64,000 bases of DNA from Azolla caroliniana (taxonomy: Eukaryota; Plantae; Polypodiophyta). The translations under genes and the position numbers were made by a program. The stretch covers positions 7,440,001 through 7,504,000 of the forward strand of contig JBHGNT010000013.1 of NCBI GenBank assembly GCA_043228905.1, given 5' to 3'. The notes beneath the pieces are model-generated. The model saw only the letters and a list, made by a program, of their open reading frames with translations. It had not been told where the DNA came from and ran no database searches. Positions 50,646 through 64,000 of this stretch are shown here, one piece after another. Position 1 is the stretch's first letter. Each line of letters opens with the position of its first letter.

Positions 50646-51384
50646 GTATGCTTTTGTGCACACCAATTTTACCAAAAGTAAGAAGGACATCATTACTAGA
50701 AGCATAAAAACCTACATGTTAGTGTTGGAATGGAGGTGCTAGTGTGGAAGACTCGATCAACAAACAATAAACAAGTATATAGGAGTGTACTAACAACTCA
50801 CAAATTGGCCAATGTGACCAAAACAAAAATATACATCATGTTGCTCATTGCTTTGTCCACTTGTTTAAAGAAATAGAATCATAGGAGCATAAATAATAAT
50901 AATAAGAGAGAATCCAAGATTGGTAATGTTCACACATCCCAAAGCCTCATCCGATGCCTCATTTCAATTATAGAATTTGCTTGATGTGTCTCAACTACAA
51001 CTTCCCATGGGTTTGGGGTCGAGGAAAGACCATTTAGGTCAAACAAGTATTAGCCTCTCCAAATCCAAGTACATAAAGGAAACACTTCAAATTGGGAGAG
51101 AATTGGTTGATCAATTGAGTGAGCAAATAGAACTTAGTACATAGGATTGTAACCATTGTGAATATTACAAGTGTGATCTCAGAAAAATTGGCTCATTGAT
51201 TTTTGCCAACCATCTCCATCTTTGAGAGTTGTGTTTTAATTGCAATCTTGTCCCATTATTCGTTTCTTTCATGATGTTATGGGATCAAAACTAGATCTAA
51301 GAACATGTGGTTCTAACCTCCACATACCATAGTGGTCTCGAACCTAGGTTCATCTACAATAGATAAAGGAGGAATTGTATAGGA

Positions 51385-52431
51385 ATATTTGACAATTTAC
51401 AGCTATATGTCCTGGACCGCCACAATACAGGCAGAGACGATGCGCTCGACGTCGTTGCTTCTCAACATCTGATAGCGGCCCACGTCGTTGTGTTGACTCT
51501 ATTTCCATCGGAGTTGGGCCATCCCTTGTAATGGGTCTAGAAACTTGTGGAGGCGTCGCAACTACGGACATGTAAGTCTGTTTAGGTTGGCGGCGTAACA
51601 TTTGTTGGTGCTCAGAACGTCGCTCAAATAGGCGATTATCACATTGCACGGCTCGACTAATGGCTTCTGTAAGTGAATTCAGATCTTCAGGGAAAGTAAG
51701 AAGAAGATCTTTGACACCATTTCGCAAACCTTGACGGAATTGATCCATTAAGGCCGCCTCATCCTATGGGATATCGAATGGCAAGACACAGAAATCGGCT
51801 GCGTAAGCCGACGCAAGACGATCTCCTTGTCGGAGCCTTCGAATCTTGTTTATCGTTGTCCTAGTGTTGTCGGTGTCTCCGAAACTAGCTTGAAACTCTT
51901 TAACAAATGCCTCGAAATCCTCCAACAATGGTGATTTCTTCTCGAGGAGTGGTGCGAACCATGCTAACGTCGTACCGCATAGCAAAGTTCCCACTAATCA
52001 CACACGAGCAACTTCAGTTGGATACCGATTGGGATGTAGCTGAATAACCAGACGAACTTGATAAAGACCTTGTACCATCAAAATTGGTGGGGTGCCTGAT
52101 CTTTGGCTCTCTAGGGGAGTTCTGAGCCCCCAACGGTTGTTCTCGTAATGAAAATATAGTCGCGTCGATTTGATGAACCCGTTGTGATAACTCTTCATAC
52201 TGTTGAGCTTTTTCGGTGCTCACTTGTTGTAGATCTCCAAGTAGCCTTTGATTCTCATGCTCTAATGCCAAAAATTTATTCGTGAGCATGTCGAGCTGAG
52301 AAAGAACAAGCATGTATTCTTGTTTGCTCACGGACTCCATAGTTTACGAGGGGAGAGGAGAAGGAAGAAGAGAACCTGTTAGGGAACTTTGTGGAGGACG
52401 AAGAAATGAAAGAAAAATTGGTTCAAACTGT

Positions 52432-52472
<41 letters not shown>

Positions 52473-52909
52473 AGAGAGATAATTGAAAAGGAATTATTAT
52501 ATTGAGGAGTAAATGGATGACAAAGAGTAGGCAATAGAGTACTATAAAATGGCATTGAACCAATTTAGGTTTGGGATGAGTGGTAGATCCCAATTTATAA
52601 GTAATAGAGAACACTCTAAAATATTCTAGGTTATCCTAGAATGCAGAGTAATCAAGAAGATCTCTAGCTTATTCTAAAAGGTTCTAGTGTATAGAACACT
52701 CTAGAATATTCTAGGTCATTCTAGAATGTAGAGTAATATAGAATATTCCTATGATATTAGATTTCATATTCTAAAAACTATACATACAAGAATATTAATA
52801 CAATGGCTAAGGATTTGACATGTGTACAAGGTCGTGGGTTCAAATCCTTTCAAGGCATAATGTGAGTGTCATGATCCTTTCGATGCATGATGTGAGTGTT
52901 ATCATGACA
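51385..52909 (-). mobile_element. Tcn1/Tf1-like gypsy element, 3'-truncated: LTR 52429-52909 plus gag
   Basis: Gag peptides EPKIRHPTNFDG, ALMDQFRQGL, GPTPMEI and RLCLYCGGPGHIAVNC. Self-complementary PBS at 52415-52426. Confidence 0.85.
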
Positions 52910-52914
52910 GTCAC

Positions 52915-55900
52915 ATGTTCATCCTCGATTCGAACAAGGTGAAATCGGCAATGTATGCTAAAGGTCTCAAAACCGAGACGACCATCGAGTTGTGGCACAA
53001 GAGAATCAGCCACATAAACCTCCAACGGCTCCGAGCTATGCAATCAAAGGGAGTCGTCATCGGATTTCCGACATTCGAGTCAAAACGAGTCAACCAAGTA
53101 TGCAAAGCGTGTCAACTCGGCAAACAACATCGACTCCCATTCCCGAAGGAGAGCCGTATAAGCAAAGGTGTGCTCGATGTAATTCATTCTAATGTATGGG
53201 GACTGACTCAAACGGCCACATTCGGCGGATGCCGATACTACGTGACCTTTATCAATGTAGAAACAAATAGCGTGCGGAAGCAATAGAAAATAGAAAACAG
53301 GTTTAATGGAGAGTTTAACAGTATGCGGGAGAGACAGAGAGACAGGGCACACAGAAACTCAATTAAAAAATACTACTTAGTCTGTACATCGTATGTGTTC
53401 AGTGAACACTTTTAGAGAAGTCCATACGGACTGACAGAAGTACGGTGTACTTCAATGCTCACACGAGCGTCTGACACTAACTACAACATATTAACTCCCT
53501 AGTAGACTAGCTGCTACTTGGATTCCGGTTACTGCTTGATCCAGCTAACCAACTCACCGGCTCACCGATCCGGCTTAGGCTGATTCAGCCGATCTGGATC
53601 TGGTTGAGCTTGCCGCTCAACACTCCCCCTCAAGCTCAACTTGAGGTCGGATCGTAGTGTCAATCTCCATGGCAGCCGGTCCTTCCACCCGGCTCCTTCT
53701 GGCGTCACTCCGCCTTGCTCGCGCTCCTCGTCCGGTCCGGTCCTGTTTGCCGCGACCCTTCGGTTTCTGCGCATCTTGACCTCCTCGGTCGGCTTGTTTG
53801 CTCAACATGCCCAAATTAGCTTCCTCGCTGTTGTGACTTCGGCGCTTGTCGACCCGCCGATTCCTTCATGTTGGCATCAACTTTTGCTGCCATCTCGTCC
53901 TCTTGGCCTTGAATTGATCCGGTTCTTCCAAATCCATCTGTTGAATCAAATCAGTTGTCTCTAATTCGTTCCAACTCTTGTCGGAATCGGTTGCTCCCAA
54001 TTCGTCTTCTGGTTCCAGGCCCTTCACCACATCGAACCATGTCCGGGTCTTGGCCTTCTTCTCTCGGTCGGCTCTGTCCTTCTTGACTCTGCCGCCGCTG
54101 CCGCTTGTTCCGACTTGTTCGGATGTGTCGACTTCCTTTGTCGACTCGGCTCCTTTCTTTTTCTTGTCTCCCCCTTTGTCGGTTCTTCCCTCACCGGTGC
54201 AATCGGCAGTTTCTTTGCCTTTGCCCATTCTGGTGTCTTTGCCCCTTCTCCCCCTCAAGTGTGGCATGTCGAGATGTTGAACACCAAGCATTTCGGTGAA
54301 GTGTTGCAACTTGTCCGATACGTATGAACATACCGAAGTTCGACTTCACCGCTTAGGACACGCTCACGCACGAAGTGGTAGTGCACTTCTATGTGCTTTG
54401 GGCGAGCATGGAATACAAGGTTCTTGGCGAGCTGCATGCTGCTTATGTTGTTGTAGTAGATCAGGATTGGGGTCGGCACCTCGATCCGCAGGTCTTGCAG
54501 CAGTCGCCGAAGCCAAATGGCTTCACAGGTGGCAACGGTAGCACCCCGGTATTCAGCCTCAGTGCTCGAGAGGGCCATTGTTGGCTGCTTTTTGCTGCTC
54601 CACGCAACAACCACGCTACCAAGGGAAAACATATAGCCGGAGGTGGATCGGCGATCCGATGCATCGCCGGCCCAATCGGCATCGGTGTAGCCGACTAGCT
54701 CTTCGGTTATACCATGCCGGTATAACAGTCCCCAGTCATTTGTGTCGCCCACATATCGCAAAATTCGATCCGCGCACAGAAGGTGCTCCACGGTCGGCTT
54801 CTGCATATATTGGCTGATCACGCCGACCGGATAACTGATGTCGGGTCGGGTGATTGTCAAATATATGAGGTTTCCGACGATTTGTCAGAACCGCTTCTCA
54901 TCGCAGGCCGGTCCAGAGTCGGGGCGGTGCTTCTGGTTCCGGTCCAGGGGTGTGGAGATTGGTCGGCATTTTGTCATGCCGAACTTGTACAACATATTCA
55001 ACACATAGTGTCTTTGTGAGAGCAATATGCCGTGGGTGGTTCGGATCACCTCGATCCCGAGGAAATAGTGAAGGTCCCCCAGGTCCTTCATCTCAAATAC
55101 GTTCGACATCTGGGACTTGACTCGGCCGATTTCATCGAGGTTGGGTCCGGTGATGACTAGATCATCAACATACAACAAGATGCAAACCGGACCGTCCGGA
55201 CCTTGCCGGATGAACAACGAAGAGTCAGACTTGGAAGCCGCAAACCCCATCTTACGTAACCGGTGTGTGATCTTCGCATTCCAAGCTCGAGGGGGCTTGT
55301 GTCAGACCATAAAGTGACTTCCTCAGCCGGCATACCGCCGACTTGTTCATCTCCCTCTGGAAATCGGGAGGTTGGGTCATAAAGACCTCTTCTTCAAGAT
55401 CTCCTTGAAGAAATGCATTCTTCACGTCCATCTGGTGAAGATGCCACTCCCTTGCCGCAGCAACCACCAGCACCACACAAACCGTCGTCATCTTCGCTAT
55501 TGGAGCGAAGGTCTCATCGTAGTTGATGCCGTGGGTCTGTGCATATCCCTTCGCCACTAACCGGGCCTTGTACCCGTTAACCGAACCGTCGGTATTGTAC
55601 TTTACCTTGTATGCCCACTTACATTCCATCGGTTTAGAGTGTCGGGGAGGGTCAAACAGGTCCCATGTGTCGTTGGCATCAAGTGCCTGCATTTCTTCCT
55701 CCATAGCGGCACGCCAATTTGCGTCCTTTTCCGCTTCTGCGTAGCTCTCTGGCTCACGCACTTCCGCCACCTTGGTCATGTACGCATAATGATGCGCCAT
55801 GTACTCATTGTACCCGTACCACATAACAAGGTTCTTCAGGTGGGAAGACCGGCGTAACTTGGTAGTACCCGGTTTGGGGCCCTTCTTGGCCAGGTCGGAC

Positions 55901-58900
55901 TTCGTTCCCGGAGTTCCGCCTTCATCCTTTCTAGAGTCAGATTCGCTCCGATCTGACTCAACGTTGCCGATTTCGTATTCTGGCATCTTCTTCTTCCCCT
56001 TCTCTTTCTGCGTGAACCGTCTCCTCGGTTCCTTGCGCGGGGAGAGCACGACAGAGTCTCCAATACTCGTCGGTTCCTCATCCGACTGGTCATCTTGACT
56101 CAGCCGCTCATTCGGTCCACTTAACCGAAATGAGATCAGACTCTCTTCTATAGTGCTGAGGTCTTCATCTTCTATCTGGGCTGGTTCAGGCTCACTAGCC
56201 TCATCCTCCGGTATCGGGTCGGGGTCGGAAGTCGGAGCCGGTAAGGCATATCATGACCTCATCTCATCAAACTCAACATCCCCGCTAACTTGGACCTGCT
56301 TCGTCCGGGGGTTATAACACTTATACCCCTTTTGCTCATACGAGTAACCGACCAGGATGCATTTCCCCGACTTTGCATCCAACTTCCTCCGCTTCTCATC
56401 TGGCACATGCACATATGCAATGCTACCGAATATCTGAAGGTGTCTCAAATTCGGCTTGCATCCGAAATAGAGCTCATGCGCGGAAACCTTGTCGCCGATC
56501 CGGTTTTGGATGTAGACGGTCGTCCGAACCACCTCCGCCCAGTAGAAATGGGGCATGCTCTTCTCCTCCAGCATTGCCCTCGCCGCGTCCACAATCGACC
56601 GATTTTCCCTATTGGCCAAACCGTTTTTCTCCGGCGTATATTTGCAACTGAATTCGCGCCGAATTCCCATCTGTTGCAGATACCCGTTGAATTGACCGGA
56701 AAAGTACTCTTTTCCGCCATCCGACCGTAGGCACTTGATCTTCCTCTCAGTTTCCCATTCAACTAGGCTTTGCAGGTTTCGGAAACACTCGAAGATTTCG
56801 CTCTTCCGCTCAATTAGGTAGATCTATGTGTGCCGGCTGTAGTCGTCAATTAAGGAGACGAAATACCGACTCCCACCAAGACTAACGTTCTGTGCCGGTC
56901 CCCATACATCCGAATGAATAAGGTCGAGCTTGTTACGGCTACGGTTTCGTTCGGTGGGCAATGGAAGCCGGTGTTGCTTCCCGAGTTGGCAAGCTTCACA
57001 TATTTGGGCCTTCCGGCCACTGAACTTCAGTAACCCGAAAACAACTTGTTTCGTTTGCAGGTCTTGAAGCCTCCGGTAATTGACATGGCCGATCCGCTTG
57101 TGTCACAGGTCGACGTCCAATTCGAGCTTTTGTCCTTTGGCGAACAAAGCGGTGCCTACGTCATTGGTGTCGAGGATGAACATACTCCCGTCTCTGCGCC
57201 CTTGCGCAATAATCTGGCCCTCTTCCTCGATGAAGCACCCAAGGTGCGTAAACCACACCTGCATCCCCTGGTCATCGATCTGACCGACTGCCACCAGGCT
57301 CTTCGTGATAGTTGGAATGTGTTATACGTTCATCAGATTCCCCCTCTGTTTGACGTGGCCCAAAGGGACTTCTCTGACATGCACGATTGGGTGAGGAGTG
57401 TCGTCTCCGGTTTCTCCAAGAAGGAGAACCACGCTTTGTGGCTCGTCATGTGATTCGACGCACCGGAATCAACGTACCACACTCTCTCCGGTTCGAAAGC
57501 GGTCTTCTTCATCGAGTTAGCCTCGTGTTTCATCACCAAGGCTGGCCTGGCCCTTTACCGGCTTTTCCGGTTTTGGATCCTCCCGATCCTTCTACGTACT
57601 CTCTATCGGCCTTGCCATATCCGGATCTATACGAATCGGTGCGCTTCTTCCAACACTCGCTTTCTTGGCAACCCATTTTACCACAATACCAACATTCCGT
57701 GTCGGCCTCCGGCGCCGCCTTGACTCCCCCTACTTGTGGAGGGTCCGGAGCTGCTGTCGGCACGTTCTCTGTGCCTTCAGTCCTGCTCTTGCCGACCACT
57801 ACCATTGCGAACCGACCCGCCTCATCCACCACGCCCACGGAACCGATCCGCCTCCGTGTGCAACATCCAGTTGTCGGTGGGTGCACTTGTTGATGCACCG
57901 GCGTGGTTCTCCTCTACAAGGAGCATCGACTGTAAGTCAAAAAATGATGGTGTATTCTCCCTCGTACATACTGCTATCCGCAAAGCTCGGAACTTAGACG
58001 CCAGGCCCCCAAGATAGATCTGTACCATCTCGTCTTCCTCTACTGTGATGTTGATAGAGGCAAGCGAGTCACATATCTCTTTGATTTGGGCTGTGTAATC
58101 AGTCACTGACATGTCCTTTCGTCGGACATTGCTCAACTCCTGTCAGAGTTGCAGCTTCCGGGCTATAGTGCTTGTGGTGAACACCTTCTTTAGGTTTCCC
58201 CAAGCCTCTTTCGGCGTCTTGGCATCTCAGATGTGGCGCGGCAGCTGGTCTCCGACACTCGACGCAAAGCAGTACATCACTCTTCTTGCTGATTGTTCAC
58301 ACATCGGGAAGTCCTTGTGTGCCGCATCAAGTGCTATGTCATTAGATCCATCGACATAGCTCCAGTAACATTGCCCATGCAGGTACTGGTGCATCTTGTA
58401 TGACCAAGATGCGTAGTTGGATCTGTCAAGCTTCTCCACTGGGAGCGAGCTAGCCATTCCTCTATGCATTTGTTTTTTTTCTGTTCTTTTCAAATGTTAG
58501 GTTTTCTTCTTGCCATACGGACTGACAGAAGTACGGTGTACTTCAATGCTCACACGAGCGTCTAACACGAACTACGAGATATTAACTCCCTAGTAGACTA
58601 GCTGCTACTTGGCTTCTGGTTACTGCTTGATCCAGCTAACCGGCTCCCCAGCTCACCGGCTCACCGATCTGGCTCATCCTTTCGAATGCTGATCCGGCTT
58701 AGGCTTATTCAGCCGATCTAGATCCGGTTCAGTTTGCCGCTCAACAATCAACGACTTCTCTAGGCACACTTGGATCTAGCCGATGCAGCAAAAGAGCGAA
58801 GTGTTCGGACACTTCCAAAATTTCAAGAGTGGAGTTGAAAAAGAAACATGTCGACACATTCGATGCCTACGATCGGATGGAGGAAAGGAGTACTTCTCCG

Positions 58901-60411
58901 ACGAATTCACCTCCTACCTCCAAATTGAAGGCATTCGGAGAGAATTCTCGTGCCGACACACACCCCAACTAAATGAAGTAGCTGAAAGGAAGAATCAACA
59001 AATACTCGAGTTAGCACCCGCCATGATGCACAAGAAGGACATGCCGAACTTCTATTGGGCTGACGTGGCATCCACGGCCATCTATCTCATGAACCGGGAG
59101 CTCCTTGTCGGAAGGAAGCTTATCCTATCTCACCTCAAGGTGTTCGGAAGCATTGCGAATGTACGCATCCCGAACAAAAGCTGACAGAAGCCCGACACAA
59201 AGTCGGAGGAATGTATCCGCATAGGATACTCGTCCGTGAAGAAGGCATACAAGTGCTACAACCCTTCTACCCGAGGGGTTCGGGTAAGTCGAGACGTAGT
59301 CTTCGCCGAGTCCGCATCGTGGTACACACCGGAGACAACTTCGACTTCGATTCCGCTCGACCTGGAATCCGCCAAACAAGAGGTAGAAGATGGAGATCGC
59401 TTCAAACACATGTTGAAAGATAGTCTGATTACGGCAAGGCCTAGTGGGCTACAAGAGCCCCCATGCAACCCAAGCACGTCGCAGCCAAGTACGAGCTTGG
59501 ACAAAGGCAAAGGTAAGATGCCCGAATACGAAGTCTATCACCCCGAGAATAATGATTTGGATGTGTCGGCTCGCTCCCTAGACAGTGACTTCTGTGTACC
59601 CATCATGCGGACACCCGGAGCAAAGAAGGCGCTCACATCGGCGAGCGAAAAACTTCGACGCTGATCTAGAGATAAGAACCCCGTCACTTGGCTTGGCTAC
59701 AACGAGTATATGGCCCATCACTATGCCTTCGCGATGAAGGTAGCGGCCGAACAAGAGCCCAAGAGCTCCATTGAAGCAGCTCATAACCCATGATGGGTGG
59801 AATTAGTCAACCTTCACCCACACACTACCAGCCTTCGTCATTGGCTTGAGGGGGAGGAACCGAGATTGCCACGACGAAGAAAGCCGAAGGCCGGACGGAA
59901 GCATATGAAGCCGACGAAAGCCAAAGTGGATGGCAGACGCCTCACACTTGAGCTTGAGGGGGTGTGTTGAGAGATCAAGCTCAATTTAGTTTAGTTAGTT
60001 AGTCAGCCATGTAACTTCGTAGTTACCTAGATAGAATCTAGTTAGAAGTGTTGACTATAACGCTTTAAATAGGACCTTGTACTTAAGTGGGATATTCTAG
60101 ATCCTCCACTCCTAAGTACATTTAATATAGGACTTACACTTCTGTACCTATATTATCCTCACACATGTGTACCATTGCACATGAGATGTATATATACCTC
60201 ATTGTAGGTATTTTTGTATTTGATGATGATGATGATAATGCTAATTTAATATAGTTACTCATCCCCCATATTGTGTTGTTCATAAGTGTATCTTCCTCTC
60301 TCTCTTCCTCTCACACACATACACACACATCACTTAATCTTCCGCTTATCAACTAATCACATAATTAAGTACTAATTAACCCTTGCTTAATTACTTACCT
60401 AATTCTTAACA
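52915..60411 (+). mobile_element. Ty1/copia family B, copy 2, 5'-truncated and RT-less; 3' LTR 59965-60411
   Basis: Integrase split by the insert at 53256-58746 (TFI|NDFSRHTW). 3' region and LTR homologous to 49000-50530. Confidence 0.88.
53256..58746 (-). mobile_element. Ty1/copia family A, copy 4. 3' LTR 53256-53622; 5' LTR truncated at 58513-58746 with PBS deleted
   Basis: 5-bp TSD ATCAA at 53251-53255 and 58747-58751. PPT at 53623-53633. Full gag-pol motif set. Confidence 0.92.
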
Positions 60412-60626
60412 GAGTATTCTAGAATGTTTTAGAATATTTTAGATATTTATGATATTTAATATAATCATGGAATATCCTAGAATGTTCTAGAATACTCTAA
60501 ATATGTTGTAATAACTAATAATACATATATATCATATATGTTATTATAATGGTTAAAGGTCAAACATATAGACCAAGAAGTCTTGGGCTCGAATCCTTGT
60601 AAGGCCAAAATGTATGTCTTCATGAT
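60412..60626 (-). mobile_element. U3 remnant of a Tcn1-like LTR
   Basis: TTCTAGAA-rich tract, tRNA-like tail and CATGATA end resemble 52600-52909. Confidence 0.6.
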
Positions 60627-63600
60627 AGGTCGGATCCGGTAGATGACAACACCATACTCGCGGAAGTGATGTGTGACAACCACGAGGTGTTCGTGGATGA
60701 AAAGAGAAAAATAATGCAAGGGCAAAATAGTCCATCAAAAAGCCATGAAACAAGGAGTGGGAAAAAGAAAGAAATAATGGAAGGGCAAGATAGTCGAGCT
60801 TTACAAACGGAGGATGAGCGAAAATGGAGATGCCAGTAAAGTTGGGAGAGAGAATAGAGACATCCGTAGCTTTAATAGACCATGGGTTCGAGATCAACCT
60901 TATGTCAACTAAGGTGTACAAAAAGGGAAGGTGGCCCATAAATATGAATCATGGGTGGAAGATCCGTGCGACAATGAAAGCTACCGAAGACTTCTATGGG
61001 GCATGTCCTAATATCCCCATCACAATTGGCGATGTCGAGATAGATCAACATTTTTTTGTTCAAGATTCAGCATCCCATCCTATCATTCTTAGGTAACCAT
61101 ACATAACTTCGTCCCAGATGGAAACCAAAGTGTTCGACAATGGTGCGGCATTTGCTCGAGTAAGGAGTCTTGATGGGAAGAAGGTCATGTAGTTCTTGAT
61201 TGTACATGCCAACCAAGAAAGGAATCGGGATTGTCTCGGAGAGGATGCTTCGGATTATTAGAATAAGCTATTTGCAAGAGGGGGGTTAATAGTGTTAGGA
61301 ATCGACCAGCCACAACCGGTTTCACGTTCGTGTTCATGTGCAGAAGCCAAGAACTAGTACACAGACAAGAAAAACTTGAAGATACAACGACACCGATATT
61401 TTACGTGGAAAACCCAAAATGGGAAAAACCACTTGGGTCCACAAACCCTGAGCAAACATATCACTATAGTAGAGAGGAAGTACAAAAATACGGAACTTGG
61501 AGGCAGTGACCTCGAGTTCTCCTTTGCCTGGTAGATAGCGATAGAGTTACACTCTCACTTTCTCAGTCATAGTTACAGAGGCAACTACCTCGTTCTAACT
61601 TTTCAATAATCATCACTACACTACCTATAAGGTTTGACCTAGTTGCTTATAAACCAAAGCAACTTTTTGGCTATTTACAAGTATATCCCCCATGAGGCAT
61701 TTTTGACTATTTACAATTATAGTCTTCCAAAACGATTTCGATTTCAGTAGTCACCAACACGGTACTTCTCTTCCCATCCAGGGGAACATGTTTCCCAACA
61801 AATAGTCCACACAAGCGTATGCCACAAGAAGATAGAAAAGCTTGTGAATTTGCAAAAGAAGGGTTGCATGTAGCCCCTAATGGAGTGTGCAAAATTAGCA
61901 CATTTGATAAAGAAGAGAAGTCTCAAATGCAAAGCTTCGAGGAAACCTTACGAGAAGAACAAATATTGGAAAGAGATGAAATCATCGAATGGGTAATGGA
62001 GGAAGCCTCATTTAATGATACCCTTGGGGAAATGGAGAATTTCATGGACTTGGGCCCTCGTAGCCAGCGATCAATTCAGATAAACTTCATCAACATGTAC
62101 ATTGCCATCGGCAAGTATAGTCGAAGTATCATGGCAAAGAAAGTCGAAGTCAATATAAAATACAAGACGGTGGACAAGAAAGTAAAACTTGTTGCTATTC
62201 CGCTGCCTTAGGATAGCTGGCAAAGAATGAAGGAAGTTGCGTGGGATCCAAGTTTACAGGATCCGAGAGGAATCTGACATGCCTTCACTAAAGAGAAGCT
62301 TTGTGTTGGGAAAGATGAAATTCTCTTGCCAGAAGAGGAAGTCACATTTCGGGAAATGCTTGAAAGACATAGGAAAGCATTTGCTTTCTATCGGAGTGAA
62401 ATCGAATGCGCTGATCCAAAGATAATAGAACCGATGGTGATATTCACAATACCACATGTGCCATAGAACCTAAAGCCGGTACCAATCCCAAGAGCACATA
62501 TTCCGATCTTAATCAAGCTCTTCAAAGAGAAGTTCGAGATGGGAATTCTGGAGCCATCAAATGCTCCTTACTTGAATAGGTGGTTCACGGTACCAAAGAA
62601 GAATAGAACCTTAAGGTTCATACAAGATCTTCAACTAGTGAATAAAGTGACAATCCGCAATGCCGGGATCGGCCCAAGTATCGATGAGTTCATAGAAGTA
62701 TTTGCGGGAAGGTTCATTTGTTCTATTCGTGATCTCTACTCAGGCTACGATCAGTTTCAACTAGTAGTCGACAACAGAGACATCACAACAATGAGGACTC
62801 CGATTGGATTGGTATTGATGTGCACCCTACCTCAAGGCACAACCAACTCTGTCACACACATGGTAAATGCCATGAACAAAGTACTAAGAGATTGCATACC
62901 AAATATTACGATGCCTTTCCTCGATGATATCCCTATAAAAGGGTGCCGTTAATCAGAAAAGGACGAGTCTTTAGATCAAGATGGATGTCAAAGATTTATT
63001 TCAAACCTATTGAAGATTACGAAAGAGTGCTACAAAGACTAGAAGGAGTCGGGCTCACATTTTCTGGAGAAAAGTCGGCATTTGGCCAACGCGATGTCCT
63101 AGTAGTGGAACATCTTTGCGGACCATATGGACGGAAACCCGCTCCTAAGAAGGTGAATACTATTCAAGAGATGCGAGAAGAATGTATATCCAAGACAGAA
63201 GTGCAAAGATTCTTGGGAGCGTGTGCCTTTTATCATATCTGGATCCCGCACTATGCCCATGTCTCTAAGCCATTATATGGATTACTAATGAAAAGAAAGA
63301 AGTTCGAATGACGGGAGGAACATAAAAACGCGATGTGAATATTGAAGAAACTACTTCTTGAAGCTTCAATGCTAAGAAAGGCTGACTATACTGAAGGAAA
63401 ACCGATTTATGTGACTGCGGATACGAGCCCAACCGGAATCGGGTGGGTCATCAACCAAGAAGGGGAAGATAGTGCACTGTATGCCATCCAGTTCGGAGCA
63501 AAGGTCCTCAGCGAATAACAGCAAGGATATGCCCATGTCCAGTGGGAACTTTGGGGTATTGTGTTTGCAGTGAAGGTAGACAAAGACTACCTGATCGGGT

Positions 63601-63765
63601 CGGAAGTGATAATTGAGAAGGATTGACTCACAATCCTCAGGATGATATCAGGGTGTGCAACACCAGATCTGGCTATGCTAAGGTGGATCACCTATATCAA
63701 TTCTTTGAACCCAAAAATCCGCCACAGTGCAAAAAAGAACAACGTCATGGCTGACATGCTGTCAA
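60627..63765 (+). mobile_element. Decayed Ty3/gypsy pol (protease, RT, RNase H)
   Basis: Peptides ALIDHG.EINLM, APY.NRWFTVPKKN..LRFIQDLQ, DLYSGYDQF, LPQG, FLDD, DTSPTGIGW. Confidence 0.88.
61293..61800 (-). mobile_element. Copia-type solo LTR
   Basis: TGTT..AACA termini. 5-bp TSD AATAG at 61288-61292 and 61801-61805. Related to 1-233. Confidence 0.88.
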
Positions 63766-64000
63766 GGGGTGAAAGCATGGGAGTGGAAACAATTAGCTAT
63801 GTCCTTGACATAGCTAATTAGCTGTGTAAAAAGCTACCATTGATAAATAGTCATTTTTGCAAAAAGCTACCATTAATAAATTAGCTATGCAAAAAGCTAC
63901 CATTGAAAATAGTAGAGAGTTTTAATTATATAAATGACCACCATAAATGTGCAACATAAACGTGCAACATAAATTGATATGTGCACCATAAATTATATAC
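63766..64000. repeat. AT-rich repeat, possibly the end of a DNA transposon, cut by the window end
   Basis: Abruptly truncates the gypsy RNase H. Starts GGGG. Contains AAAAAGCTACCATT x3, GTGCA(A/C)CATAAA x3 and a hairpin AATTAGCTATGTC...GACATAGCTAATT. Confidence 0.4.

Overview
Eukaryotic plant DNA. The element types suggest a non-seed plant such as a fern or lycophyte (inference). Most of the window is nested, largely decayed LTR retrotransposons: several Ty1/copia families, a tRNA-Trp-primed Ty3/gypsy family with 4-bp TSDs, and self-primed Tcn1/Tf1-like chromoviruses. They surround an ~8-kb island (36.7-44.9 kb) holding a hAT-type MITE, a 5'-truncated RTE/RTEX-like LINE and the only clear host gene, an intronless class II (group VIII, EAR-motif) AP2/ERF factor at 41921-43453 (-). 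Most unusual signals: (1) a very young non-coding LTR element (4750-7097) with a tRNA-primer-like motif in inverted orientation at both ends of its internal region and no PPT; (2) a 383-bp TG..CA element with 46-bp TIRs and a 5-bp TSD carrying a retropepsin fragment; (3) tRNA-like Pol III cassettes and heat-shock elements at the U3 tips of self-primed LTRs; (4) a 5S-ICR-bearing tandem unit replacing part of an LTR; (5) telomeric filler inside pol; (6) an RT-less copia family; (7) a ~20-aa repeat array in the ERF protein. All boundaries and alignments were read by eye, and tRNA/5S identities are recalled consensus sequences rather than search results.
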